Part shown: positions 36,144 to 45,929 of the stretch, in pieces
Layout: each line of letters opens with the position of its first letter
Numbering within the stretch: position 1 is the first letter of the stretch
Source of the DNA: a virus
DNA length: 64,000 bases
Strand: one strand, 5' to 3'
Virus record (IMG/VR): IMGVR_UViG_3300022934_000003
Position numbers and translations under genes: made by a program
The notes under the pieces: model-generated
Databases searched by the model: none
What the model was told of the DNA's origin: nothing
Seen by the model: only the letters and a program-made list of their open reading frames with translations

Positions 36144-36461
36144 CTATCTTCGCATATGTGCTAGATCTTCAGCTTGTGATGTACCTTTCATAACTGGAAC
36201 AGCATTTGATTTATGCATCGTGGCAATTCCTACAATAAGATCTCCAGTATATTTTTTTGGCTCTGCACGAGCAGCAAAACCATTACCAGAATCTAAACTA
36301 GGAATATGACGAGTCTCTCTTACTTGTGGATTCCATTTAAGTGGTTTAAATTCTTTTTTATAATTTTTATTAGGCTCAAACATTTTTTCATAATCACGTT
36401 TGAGTTTAGCATTCATTTGTTTTTCTTTATTAAGTCTTTTTTTCCAAGCTGGTGTGCTCAT
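36144..36461 (-). CDS. conserved T4-like hypothetical
   Basis: YTG..IVGIATMHKSNAVPV. Confidence 0.65.
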   Translation of the reverse strand: MSTPAWKKRLNKEKQMNAKLKRDYEKMFEPNKNYKKEFKPLKWNPQVRETRHIPSLDSGNGFAARAEPKKYTGDLIVGIATMHKSNAVPVMKGTSQAEDLAHMRR

Positions 36462-36464
36462 ATT

Positions 36465-37049
36465 TTAATCCCACAAATTTTGAAAATATTTTCCAAATAA
36501 TCTAAAACCATTATCTATTTTATTATTATACTCTAAAAATCCTTGTTTGTCAAATTTTGATGGTTCATTTGCAGGTAACCATTCATATGAATTGTACTCT
36601 TCCATTTTACCATCTTCATCTGGGAATAAAAGTAATTGTGCAGGACCAACTCCTTTCCATTGTATTTCGTGAAATGCTGTAGCCATTTCATTATCATCAT
36701 AATTAAAAAATGCTTCGTCAGCAGTTTCATTTAATTTATTTTCAAATGAAAAAATCATTTGATCCATTACATAATCCCAACGTTTAAAATAGTTTTCGTC
36801 AGTTTCACCTTTCTCTTTAAAGCGTAATTCTTCACCAATAGTTGGTCTAAGTTCAGACGGAACATCTTCTTTATCAACGTTAGGTGCTCCATGTTTTGTT
36901 TCTTTTAATTGCTTGAGCATTGGTAAGATAATATGAGAAAGAGTATCATCCATGCTCCAAGTATCAAACTCATCGATATGAACATCTATTACTCGATCAC
37001 CTTCATCTACAAATGGACCAATATTAACTTTCATCTCTCTTCCTTTCAA
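36465..37049 (-). CDS. conserved phage hypothetical (start probably MKVNIGP)
   Basis: DTWSMD.TL..II.PMLKQL; GFRLFGKYFQNLWD. Confidence 0.65.
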   Translation of the reverse strand: MKGREMKVNIGPFVDEGDRVIDVHIDEFDTWSMDDTLSHIILPMLKQLKETKHGAPNVDKEDVPSELRPTIGEELRFKEKGETDENYFKRWDYVMDQMIFSFENKLNETADEAFFNYDDNEMATAFHEIQWKGVGPAQLLLFPDEDGKMEEYNSYEWLPANEPSKFDKQGFLEYNNKIDNGFRLFGKYFQNLWD

Positions 37050-37181
37050 GGTAAAGGTTGTACATTTTTACATAAAATGCAAACTGCAACGGGTAGTGCT
37101 CAGGATCTGGCACTACGCCGTCATAGTATTCTAAAAACTCTCGCATTTTCTTTTCGAGATTTTGCTGATGGTTAAACCACA

Positions 37182-37385
37182 CTATACTTTATTAATCTTA
37201 CTTAAAAATCCAGTAGACCAATCAATAACATTTCCGTCAGGATCACCTGCTTCTAGCGCGTCTAAGTCCGGGCGTTTCTTTCCTTTTAACCAGCGTTTCT
37301 TGTTTTTATGATTACCTTCTTCTGTACCAACTCCGGCAATATAATGTCCACCTTTGTGACCTTCTACTTTTCCTTTAATTGGCAT
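37182..37385 (-). CDS. small hypothetical
   Basis: ORF in operon. Confidence 0.45.
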   Translation of the reverse strand: MPIKGKVEGHKGGHYIAGVGTEEGNHKNKKRWLKGKKRPDLDALEAGDPDGNVIDWSTGFLSKINKV

Positions 37386-37519
37386 CAGAAAATTCCTACA
37401 ATAATAATTGCGGCGATAAAAAAGATTGCTGCTCTTATAGTTCCTTCTTTTGCTCTGTTAAAGGCAACATGCCCATAACCTTTTTCTGATGTAAATGTAT
37501 CAAATTTCATATTATACTC

Positions 37520-37717
37520 CTATGCTACTTCGAAAGGTTCACTTACTAAATCTTCTGATGCAATTTTTGCATCGACAAATTTTTGCAATTCAGCGATTCG
37601 ATTATTTAATACTTCTACAATCTTATCTCGTGTTGCATCGTGACCGATCTTTTCATTAGTCATTTCAATACAGTGTTTAACTGCTTCTAACTCTTCTAGT
37701 AAAATTTCTTTACTCAT
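37520..37717 (-). CDS. small hypothetical early protein
   Basis: SD GAGGAG after the promoter. Confidence 0.55.
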   Translation of the reverse strand: MSKEILLEELEAVKHCIEMTNEKIGHDATRDKIVEVLNNRIAELQKFVDAKIASEDLVSEPFEVA

Positions 37718-37753
37718 AATATAAACTCCTCATTATTTAGTTATTCATTTATA

Positions 37754-37782
37754 ATTATAAACCAGTTTTAAGGAAATGTCAA
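37754..37782 (-). promoter_or_regulatory. early sigma70-type promoter
   Basis: TTGACA-17-TATAAT. Confidence 0.8.
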
Positions 37783-37789
37783 CTGTTTT

Positions 37790-37924
37790 TTATCCTTGAC
37801 CTCTATATTTCTTCCAAGAAAGCTTTTGGCCTTTATTAGAGGGCCTGGAAAAATTGCTTTTTCCAATAGATGTTTTCTTTTTAATTCTGTGTGCTTTCAG
37901 AGTTGTTGATGTTGTTTTAGCCAT
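37790..37924 (-). CDS. 44-aa basic protein ending KKYRGQG (not in the ORF track)
   Basis: SD GGAGG; motif recalled from marine myoviruses. Confidence 0.55.
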   Translation of the reverse strand: MAKTTSTTLKAHRIKKKTSIGKSNFSRPSNKGQKLSWKKYRGQG

Positions 37925-38114
37925 TACTTACCTCCACTAATCTTTCTACTTTTGTAGTATCATGATAATCATTATCAATTACTTTATGATCTCTAGTTAC
38001 TGTTGACTTTTCAAGATAGCCATCAATAACTCTATAAGTTGTATATACTTCTTTTAAAATACCCAACTCTTCTGCTTCAATTTTATCTTTAAATGGTCCG
38101 TCACTCTTCTTCAT
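37917..38114 (-). CDS. small hypothetical
   Basis: Coupled ORF. Confidence 0.5.
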   Translation of the reverse strand: MKKSDGPFKDKIEAEELGILKEVYTTYRVIDGYLEKSTVTRDHKVIDNDYHDTTKVERLVEVSNG

Positions 38115-38349
38115 CTTGTGCTTCCTCCCACTCTGTTACTAATTCAAGCATCATCAATCCTAAAGTTTCATTATACCCATATAATAATTCGCCTTCGGCT
38201 TTTACTTCTTCAATCTCATCTTTAGTAAGATCTAAATGGCTTTTATTAAAATGATTATAGACTTGTTCCATTGCCCACTGCATGGCTATTTCTTCAAATT
38301 GATCTAAAATTTTACTTTCGCCATACGCAGTAAATTTTTCTTTAATCAT
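38101..38349 (-). CDS. small acidic hypothetical
   Basis: Coupled ORF. Confidence 0.5.
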   Translation of the reverse strand: MIKEKFTAYGESKILDQFEEIAMQWAMEQVYNHFNKSHLDLTKDEIEEVKAEGELLYGYNETLGLMMLELVTEWEEAQDEEE

Positions 38350-38684
38350 TTATGACCTCGTCTTCCATCAAATACACAAACAAAATAGCAACCCTGTTCT
38401 CCAGCATGAACTTTATGGAACACACCATCTTCAATTAAAACAGTATCACCTTTTTTAACAAAAATAGTTTTATCATCTAGTTCCATTGTTCCGGAACCTT
38501 CGATAAACATATAGACTTCTTCTTGTCCTTCATGCTTATGTCCGGATGTGCTTTTATTTGGATATAGATCGGTAGAACTCAATACAAGATTTTTAAGAAT
38601 AGTATTATCTCTTACAGTATAACGATCATCTTGTTTGGCTATCTCTCCTCCAATATGCCATCTCATATTATGAATTTTACTCAT
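38346..38684 (-). CDS. cupin domain protein
   Basis: GHKHEGQEEVY..IEG.G; GVFHKV. Confidence 0.85.
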   Translation of the reverse strand: MSKIHNMRWHIGGEIAKQDDRYTVRDNTILKNLVLSSTDLYPNKSTSGHKHEGQEEVYMFIEGSGTMELDDKTIFVKKGDTVLIEDGVFHKVHAGEQGCYFVCVFDGRRGHK

Positions 38685-38685
38685 G

Positions 38686-39246
38686 TTATCCCTCTAAATA
38701 AGCCATCACTGTTTCAGGAGAAGTTTCACCATAAGGATCTTCATTCTCTTTAGTTGACGGCGGTTCAACAAACATTTTCTCGACTTCGTTGTCGTTAATT
38801 ACAACAGCAAAACGACGAGAACGCTTACCAAATCCTACAACACTCATATCGATAAGCATACCTAAAGCATCAGCAAATTCACCATTACCATCAGGAATTA
38901 CTTTAACATTTTTAACTCCAAGATAATCTGCCCATGCATTCATTACGAAGCTATCATTAACAGAGCTTACGTAAATTTCTTCAATACCCATTTCTTTAAT
39001 CTTTTCATAGTTTTCTTCAAAACCAGGAAGTTGATAAGTTGAACATGTTGGTGTATACGCGCCAGGTAATGAGAATACTAATACTCTCCTACCACCAAAC
39101 ATATTAGTTGATTTTACTGGAACCCACTCACCGCCGATTGGGCATCCACCATCCATAGGCTGTTCATCTCCTACTCTATACATAAATGTAATTTCTGGAA
39201 CATTCATTATAACATCTCCTTTAACTTTTTCCAAGTATCTTTCCAA
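38686..39246 (-). CDS. peroxiredoxin (Prx5/redoxin type; start probably MNVPE near 39207)
   Basis: SLPGAYTPTCS, SVNDSFVMNAW, DGNGEF, RSRR. Confidence 0.92.
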   Translation of the reverse strand: MERYLEKVKGDVIMNVPEITFMYRVGDEQPMDGGCPIGGEWVPVKSTNMFGGRRVLVFSLPGAYTPTCSTYQLPGFEENYEKIKEMGIEEIYVSSVNDSFVMNAWADYLGVKNVKVIPDGNGEFADALGMLIDMSVVGFGKRSRRFAVVINDNEVEKMFVEPPSTKENEDPYGETSPETVMAYLEG

Positions 39247-39911
39247 TCAATAACTTGTAACGCTTTGCCTTTTTGATTATTTACGAGAGCTTCACCTAAA
39301 GGCAAATCATTTCCACCCTCTTCCATTTTATCTCCAAAGAAAATAATAGTATCTTCGTCAGAAAAATCTTTTAATATTTGACTTTTATCTGCTCCTTTTG
39401 GAGCAATATCTAATCCAGTTTCACCACCAACTTTTGCTTCTAAATGAGGAAACTCTTGATTAAATTTGTATGCAATTTGTTCTCTTTCTTTTGTTGCAGT
39501 ATCCCACATAACGTATTTATGACGCTCGCTTGGATCTGCATTACGACCTACTATAGAAAAATTTAACATGCCTGGTCTATGTTCAAAGTGGTTACCAGTT
39601 CTTAATGGAAACTTACTATCATTTAATTGTTTGGCTAACCATTGATGTTCATCATCTTCTAATATCCAAGTATTATATTCAATATTAGTATCACCTTCCC
39701 ACGTATCATTTCCATTACAATTATAAACACGCTTACATAAGTTATACGTGTCTTCACTAATTTGTTCTACAGTTTTTGATTTATCAGAACCTGTAACAAG
39801 ATAAACATCATTCTTTGAAGCAAATTTATCAAACCAAGATTTAAATTTTTTATTAATAACTCCTCTACTTGGTGTTAAAGTACCATCTACATCAAATATA
39901 AATTTATTCAT
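39207..39911 (-). CDS. HAD-IIB phosphomannomutase (eukaryote-type PMM-like)
   Basis: FDVDGTLTPSR, VTGSD, E.R.GMLNFS..GR, FFGDK..GGND. Confidence 0.85.
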   Translation of the reverse strand: MNKFIFDVDGTLTPSRGVINKKFKSWFDKFASKNDVYLVTGSDKSKTVEQISEDTYNLCKRVYNCNGNDTWEGDTNIEYNTWILEDDEHQWLAKQLNDSKFPLRTGNHFEHRPGMLNFSIVGRNADPSERHKYVMWDTATKEREQIAYKFNQEFPHLEAKVGGETGLDIAPKGADKSQILKDFSDEDTIIFFGDKMEEGGNDLPLGEALVNNQKGKALQVIDWKDTWKKLKEML

Positions 39912-40260
39912 ATTTTATTCTATCTCTCATTTCTGTTTCACCTGAAACTGTTGCAGGTTTTGGACAACGATCAAAACATTGCCATAAGTTTTTATTATTA
40001 TTTTTTATCATATTATAAAAATTATTCCATAATTCAGATTTTTCTATATCTTCTATATTTTCAAAATTATCAATATGCATTTCTTTTTTAAAAAATTCTT
40101 TAAATATTTTATCTTTTCTGCATTTATAATTATCAACCCAGCAGCAAGGAACTATAAATCCATCTGCCGTTAAACTTTTTCTTATCATTCCTGATAAACA
40201 TTTAGGATATATTTTTTGCATATATTTTATTCTTTGGCAAATACGGATCATATACATCAA
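39904..40260 (-). CDS. SPASM/twitch-like Fe-S partner of the radical SAM protein
   Basis: PKC....TADG.IVPCCW...C..RC. Confidence 0.6.
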   Translation of the reverse strand: MMYMIRICQRIKYMQKIYPKCLSGMIRKSLTADGFIVPCCWVDNYKCRKDKIFKEFFKKEMHIDNFENIEDIEKSELWNNFYNMIKNNNKNLWQCFDRCPKPATVSGETEMRDRIKYE

Positions 40261-40804
40261 ATCTCGAAGAAATATTTAATTCGAATATTATATTATTTTC
40301 TTTTGCCATTTGCTTTGCTTCTTCTATATTATCTTCGTTATAACTAAAAACTATATATTGCCATACTGGTTTTTGTTTTAAATATTTAGACGCTTCGCAC
40401 ATAATCTCCCACATCTTAAATCCATTTTGATTTCTACGATATAAATGACTTTGCTCAGGTAAACCGTCTAATCCAAAAGTCCATTTTGTTTCAGGATTTA
40501 TTTTAAAACAATTCTTATACCATTCTAAATCTCTATAATCTGATGCAGTATAAACATCTGATTTAATATTTCTTTCGTATAATATTTTTAAAAATTCTGG
40601 TAAATTTGGATTTAAAACTGGATCAGATCTTTGACCACAAAATCCAACCATATCGTTATAATAACTAATTACTTTTTTAAATTGTTCTATAGTTAAATTT
40701 CCTCCAGGAATTTTTTCTTTGTTTTTGAAATAAGCTTGTCTTTCACATTTGTGGCATTTAATATTACATAGATTACTTGCATCTATCATAATTTCTTTAT
40801 TCAT
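40202..40804 (-). CDS. radical SAM protein
   Basis: CNIKCHKC (CX3CX2C), CGQ.SDP, FGLDG....YR. Confidence 0.88.
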   Translation of the reverse strand: MNKEIMIDASNLCNIKCHKCERQAYFKNKEKIPGGNLTIEQFKKVISYYNDMVGFCGQRSDPVLNPNLPEFLKILYERNIKSDVYTASDYRDLEWYKNCFKINPETKWTFGLDGLPEQSHLYRRNQNGFKMWEIMCEASKYLKQKPVWQYIVFSYNEDNIEEAKQMAKENNIIFELNISSRFDVYDPYLPKNKIYAKNIS

Positions 40805-41006
40805 CTGTTTTTAAGCACGCAACTCTTTCATTATAGATATTTAGCTTTTTTTCTCCTAAGTATTGTTCTTTATAACTTTCACAAGAATACCTGTTTTCAA
40901 AATTTTGAATTTGGGTATATCTCACGTCTTCGAGGGTTCCCATATTTGAGGCTTCTGCAAAATTACTGTTTGCTATATTCGTAATTAAAAATAATGACCA
41001 AAACAT
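40797..41006 (-). CDS. small hypothetical
   Basis: SD AGGAG; hydrophobic N-terminus; two Cys. Confidence 0.5.
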   Translation of the reverse strand: MFWSLFLITNIANSNFAEASNMGTLEDVRYTQIQNFENRYSCESYKEQYLGEKKLNIYNERVACLKTDE

Positions 41007-41176
41007 ATTACTCCTGTCCGTTACACCAATGACGACGAGTAGCAGCCTTATTCGCTAATTCACTAAAACGATCGGCGCATTCTCTTAATTTATTGCCAAA
41101 ATCAGTATGTCCTTTTTCTAATGTACGAGCAATATCATGCATGAATAAAATCATTTCTTGATCTGATCTATCTTTT

Positions 41177-41596
41177 TCATCTACCATCTTCTCTCTCCTT
41201 GACTCTTTTTCTTAAATCACTTGAACTAAATCTATGATCTCTTTTATTAAAGTATAATTGGATACCGCGTTTTTTGCAAATATCCTTACCGGTAAAATCC
41301 AGCTCTTTATACTCCTCTCCTAATATTCTAACATGGATATCATACATTGTCAATATATCTTCGACATCTTTTTCAGAATTATATGGGATAATTTCATCTA
41401 CATATTGAACTGCATTAAGTTGAGTATATCTTTCAACTACAGTTTGTACTGGAGAATTTTTTTCTGGACGATCTAAACTTGGATCCATTTGCAAACCACA
41501 AATTAGATAATCACATTGATCTTTTGCTTCACGTAGCATTTGTACATGACCAGCATGTAACAAATCAAACGTACTAAATGTTATTCCTACTTTCAT
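41177..41596 (-). CDS. glycerol-3-phosphate cytidylyltransferase (TagD-like)
   Basis: FDLLHAGH, R.HRFSSS. Confidence 0.88.
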   Translation of the reverse strand: MKVGITFSTFDLLHAGHVQMLREAKDQCDYLICGLQMDPSLDRPEKNSPVQTVVERYTQLNAVQYVDEIIPYNSEKDVEDILTMYDIHVRILGEEYKELDFTGKDICKKRGIQLYFNKRDHRFSSSDLRKRVKEREDGR

Positions 41597-42341
41597 TTTT
41601 TAACTCATTATTATATTTTATTGCTGATTCAATTATAGTTAATGGCGAATTGAAGTTTTGTCCTGTGAAAGCAATTGCTGATGTATCTTTAGGGAAACAA
41701 TGTCCGCCAAAGCCTCGCTCTTCTGTAACATAACTATGACTATCACCAATTCTTTTATCTTCTGCTACTAATGTACAAACTACGTCTGGATCAATTTCTG
41801 CTGTTTTGCATAAATCATATATTTGATTAAAGAATGAAACCTTTGTAGCAAGAAAACTATTTATGAAATACTTAGATAAAATTAATTCTTCTGCACCATA
41901 TACTGATACTACTTGTATATTTAAAGCATCTGAAATTAAATCTTCCCAAAAATAAGTATCACCATCACCAATATAAACAAGATCTTGGTTTTTAAAATCT
42001 TCTAAAGCATAAGCTGCTCTTAAATACTCTGGTGAAAATGTAATTGCTCGATTTGGATATTCATTTTTTATTGTTCTCCAACCTTCAAGCGAAATAGTAC
42101 TTTTAATAAGAACACGAACATCTTCAGGAATAAGTGAAAGGGCGTTATATACATTGTACATATCGCATGAACCATCTTCTTTTTGGGGAGTAGAAACTGC
42201 AATGATTGCAGCGTCTGGATTGTCGTGTAATTGATCAAATCCTAATGCAGGATCGTATACATGAGTTTTGATTGAATTACCTTCTAAGGCAAGAGCATGC
42301 GCTTTACCTACAAATCCATAACCAAAAATAGAAATATTCAT
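41574..42341 (-). CDS. UDP-glucose/GDP-mannose dehydrogenase family protein
   Basis: GYGFVG, IKST, SPEYLR, GFGGHCFPKD. Confidence 0.9.
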   Translation of the reverse strand: MNISIFGYGFVGKAHALALEGNSIKTHVYDPALGFDQLHDNPDAAIIAVSTPQKEDGSCDMYNVYNALSLIPEDVRVLIKSTISLEGWRTIKNEYPNRAITFSPEYLRAAYALEDFKNQDLVYIGDGDTYFWEDLISDALNIQVVSVYGAEELILSKYFINSFLATKVSFFNQIYDLCKTAEIDPDVVCTLVAEDKRIGDSHSYVTEERGFGGHCFPKDTSAIAFTGQNFNSPLTIIESAIKYNNELKNESRNNI

Positions 42342-42688
42342 TATAAAATTGTTCCTGTTTGCTTTTGCTTATAAGGGTCTTTCCAATCGTGAATCCTTTT
42401 GAGCTTTTCTTCTGTAGTTAAATTTGCCATGTAATCATTATCACGATCCCACAAATTTAATATTTGCTGCTCATCAACAATTTCAGTATCTACAATATGT
42501 TCACCCATATAATGTTGAGAAAATTCTGCTACATCTTCACATACAACAGAATCTTGAGCCCACTCAATTGCTTTATCATCATCAATTATAGTATTTGTAT
42601 TTAGCTTTTGCAATTCACTTACAGGAACAACGTAACGCATACGATGAGTAGAAGTTGCTGTTACTACAACATATTTTTCACTGGACAT
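42341..42688 (-). CDS. conserved phage hypothetical
   Basis: HRMRYVV..EFSQ...GE.I. Confidence 0.6.
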   Translation of the reverse strand: MSSEKYVVVTATSTHRMRYVVPVSELQKLNTNTIIDDDKAIEWAQDSVVCEDVAEFSQHYMGEHIVDTEIVDEQQILNLWDRDNDYMANLTTEEKLKRIHDWKDPYKQKQTGTIL

Positions 42689-42988
42689 TAATATCTCCTA
42701 ATACATTAATTTTTAATTCATCTATATCAATTAATATTTCGTAATCATTTTGTAAAAAGCACTTCATAGCTTCTTTAAAATCTTTACGATTATTATAATA
42801 TAATATCATAGGTTTTTTCATTTGTCAACTGTTTTTACCAATCACCATTATCTAAAACAATTCTTATATTTAAAAATAAAAATTGAATATCAATTCTCCA
42901 TCCAAATGGACTTAATTCATCTGGTACTATAGTGTTAAACCTAAACGACCAGTGAAAAGGATTTAGTGCGAAGTTAATCCAAATTCCG

Positions 42989-43516
42989 CTATGCTTTAAC
43001 CAGTTCATAATTTACTGGTGTAAAATTAATTGCTTCTACACTTACACATCTATATGGTCCTTTTGGACACGGATTACTATGGATATGGCCATGAATATTA
43101 AGACCACTAATACCATCTTTCCATCTGTTCTTTTCTTGTAAAGTAGATGGATGCATAGGCAAATGAGTTAGAATTGCTTCATCAAACATCTTCCATAATT
43201 GTATTGATTTAAAATATGGAGCAAGAAATTTAGGATTATCATGGTTACCTAATATGAGATGTTTCTTACCATTAAGTCTATGCATATTATTTGCTAGCCA
43301 CTCTTCTTTATTTTCACCCAGCATAAAATCACCAAGATGGTATATTAAATCGTTTGGTTTAACAACACTATTCCAATTATCAATAAGTTCTTCGTTCATT
43401 GATTCTACATCTTGCCAGAGATGTCCACGCACAAGATCACCAGTATCATGTCTGGTAAATTCTAAAATTTTTTCATGATTAAAGTGAGTATCACTTATAA
43501 GCCAGATGTCTGCCAT
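42989..43516 (-). CDS. calcineurin-like metallophosphoesterase
   Basis: SDTHF.H, LGD, GNHD, THLP, HGHIH. Confidence 0.9.
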   Translation of the reverse strand: MADIWLISDTHFNHEKILEFTRHDTGDLVRGHLWQDVESMNEELIDNWNSVVKPNDLIYHLGDFMLGENKEEWLANNMHRLNGKKHLILGNHDNPKFLAPYFKSIQLWKMFDEAILTHLPMHPSTLQEKNRWKDGISGLNIHGHIHSNPCPKGPYRCVSVEAINFTPVNYELVKA

Positions 43517-43543
43517 TTTCTAAAAGTAATTTTAATAATATTA

Positions 43544-43572
43544 ATTATAACACAGTTTTCAGAAAATGTCAA
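43544..43572 (-). promoter_or_regulatory. early sigma70-type promoter
   Basis: TTGACA-17-TATAAT. Confidence 0.8.
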
Positions 43573-43799
43573 CTATTTTCTAACATATTTTTAATTCGAG
43601 AAATAGTACCATCATTTTTTGCTTTATCTGACCAATAAGTTTCATCTTCTACAAGTGCAATTAATATATCACGTAAAATCATATTTTTATTTCTGATTTT
43701 ATCTATTTCTTTGCGCATATTAGAAGTTGATGCTTTTGTTTGATTTAATTCTAATTCAAGACCTTGAATTACTTTTTTGTTTGGATCATTCTTTGCCAT
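43569..43799 (-). CDS. small coiled-coil hypothetical
   Basis: Coupled ORF. Confidence 0.45.
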   Translation of the reverse strand: MAKNDPNKKVIQGLELELNQTKASTSNMRKEIDKIRNKNMILRDILIALVEDETYWSDKAKNDGTISRIKNMLENS

Positions 43800-45342
43800 A
43801 TTTTTTAATAAACTCGTAATCGCTAGCGTATGCTCGTTTAATAAATTCTATCTGCTCTTTAGTTAAATCTTCTTTGGTGATTTCTTTTTCAGTAGCATTA
43901 TAATGCAAATCAATATTTAATTCTTTATTTAAATTTTCTCTTTTAATGATTGTAAATTCTTTAAAATTATCTGTATCAACAAATCTACACTGTGGATGAA
44001 AGTGATGTACTTGATGAAAAGAATTAATTTTATTCATATTTGCAAAGAAATAATCTATTTTTTCTTGCTTAGTACAATCTTCTAATTTTACATCGAACGA
44101 TTGAAAAAGATTATCTCCATAATCCCAGTATCTTTGTTTAGGAACAACAAATACATTAATTAAAGAAATAAATCTATCAACTGGATCTGTCCATACAACA
44201 ATTGGCTTGCTTCTTTTAGCAAGGTCTTTATATAGCTTTGTACTGCGCAATACCTGTTGACGATCTGGAAAACTTTCTTTCATTGTTACAGAACAACTTC
44301 TTGGAATTTCAAACCAAGTCTGTTTACCTTCTTTATCTAATTGATACATTAAAGGAAACTCTAGTTTTTGACACCAATAACAATGACAATCATTAAATGC
44401 AAATGGCTCATCTAATTTAACTTCAGGTAATAAGAAATCTTTAATCCATTGCTTTTCAAATATTAATTTTGGTAATGACGAATGCGGATATCTTTTTAAT
44501 ACATGATCTTTGTTTCCATCCGGAGCAACATTACCTTCAATAGGTGCAGTTGTATCTACAAACTTTTTATAATCAGAATAGCCTTCGCCTGTATCCATCC
44601 ATTTAAAGCTGTCATATGCATGAGCAAATGAATCTGCTTTAGTTTGTCTTTGATCTTTATTTCCCATCCAAGCAAAGTGCCAACCCATATCTTGTATTAC
44701 TTCTCCATTATGTCTTGGATGTTGTACTGGCATAGAAACGTTTCCACATCTCATATTACTAATTTTATTTTCCATAATTTTTTGCTTAGTTGCAAAAAAC
44801 ATTGCTTTCCACCAAACAACAGGAGCACCATTTCTATGATGGATTCTTAAATCTGCGCGGCCTTGCAAATATACTAATGGAATTTTTACAAGAATTCCTG
44901 GATTGTTTTTTGCTAATCCTGCTACCCATTTAATATGTTGTGGATTAATAATCTCATCAGCATCTCCATAAATGAATACATCATCAGGTTGGAAATCTTG
45001 CATTGCCATCATTACAGCATCTTTTTGTAAGCGTTCTCTTACACGAGCATATAATGATTCAGTATTATTTGCATTTACTCCCGCATTTCTTTTATCAATT
45101 TCTAAAATTTGTAAGTCTTTTGTTTCGGGAATATCATGCTCTACATAATGAATCTTTTCAATAGGAAGTCCAAGCTTACGAGCAATTTCCATAAACTTTC
45201 TTTCTACTGGTTTACCACTATGAGTTTTATTTGATTCAACAATAATAAATTTATCTACATGATCTTTTAATAAGTTAACACGTAAATAAAGAAGCTCTTC
45301 ACCGTAAGGTGCAAAAAATGGAAAACAATCTACAATCGCCAT
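43786..45342 (-). CDS. GT17-like glycosyltransferase fused to a sulfotransferase-like domain
   Basis: N-terminal DCFPFF..E.ELL..R...L..HVDKFIIVE...THSG, DADEI, GWHF; C-terminal FEIPRS, DPVDRFIS, HFHPQ. Confidence 0.75.
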   Translation of the reverse strand: MAIVDCFPFFAPYGEELLYLRVNLLKDHVDKFIIVESNKTHSGKPVERKFMEIARKLGLPIEKIHYVEHDIPETKDLQILEIDKRNAGVNANNTESLYARVRERLQKDAVMMAMQDFQPDDVFIYGDADEIINPQHIKWVAGLAKNNPGILVKIPLVYLQGRADLRIHHRNGAPVVWWKAMFFATKQKIMENKISNMRCGNVSMPVQHPRHNGEVIQDMGWHFAWMGNKDQRQTKADSFAHAYDSFKWMDTGEGYSDYKKFVDTTAPIEGNVAPDGNKDHVLKRYPHSSLPKLIFEKQWIKDFLLPEVKLDEPFAFNDCHCYWCQKLEFPLMYQLDKEGKQTWFEIPRSCSVTMKESFPDRQQVLRSTKLYKDLAKRSKPIVVWTDPVDRFISLINVFVVPKQRYWDYGDNLFQSFDVKLEDCTKQEKIDYFFANMNKINSFHQVHHFHPQCRFVDTDNFKEFTIIKRENLNKELNIDLHYNATEKEITKEDLTKEQIEFIKRAYASDYEFIKKYGKE

Positions 45343-45921
45343 TTATTCTACTCTCTCCAATACTGTAAGTCCATTATTATTTGTTCTATGAGTTTTAAAT
45401 TTCCAATGAGGATTTGCAATTACAAATTCAATTACTGCAGGAAGTAGTCCCTGTCCTTTAATTGCTTTACGATCCGGATTTTTCCACCATTCTTTATCTT
45501 CATCTCTTACTCCATAAGTATGAGTATCGTGAAATGCTAAATATTTTTTAGGTGTATTACCGTGTAATTTTAATTCTTTTTGTAATTGTTCTTTTGAATG
45601 CCAAGTATCAATAAAAATCATATCAGTTGGTTCAATAAGAAGTGTTAAAGTATTTCCTCTTCTATACTTAACATCTTTACCATCTAGCTCAGCCAAATTA
45701 AATAAATTTTGTAAAGGTGGATGCATTTCTAAATCATATGCTCTTAATTTACAAGGAGCTCTTAAAAAGGCTTTTGTGCTATCGCCAAAGCGACTACCAA
45801 ATTCAGTTACATGATCGCATTCACAAGCTAATTCATATAATAGTTCTAAGTGTTCATTAATATCACCAGGTGTATTTAATACTTGTTGATATTCTTGTTC
45901 TATTACGTCTGAAAAATTCAT
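45343..45921 (-). CDS. class I SAM-dependent methyltransferase
   Basis: DINEHL, VTEFGSR.G.ST, IFIDTWH, FHDT. Confidence 0.78.
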   Translation of the reverse strand: MNFSDVIEQEYQQVLNTPGDINEHLELLYELACECDHVTEFGSRFGDSTKAFLRAPCKLRAYDLEMHPPLQNLFNLAELDGKDVKYRRGNTLTLLIEPTDMIFIDTWHSKEQLQKELKLHGNTPKKYLAFHDTHTYGVRDEDKEWWKNPDRKAIKGQGLLPAVIEFVIANPHWKFKTHRTNNNGLTVLERVE

Positions 45922-45929
45922 TATTTCTC

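Noticed and set aside
36933-37180. GC-richer stretch as a tRNA/ncRNA, or the + strand 80-aa ORF
   Set aside because: No cloverleaf; better explained by a small - strand ORF (..PDPEHYPLQFAFYVKMY..) in the operon
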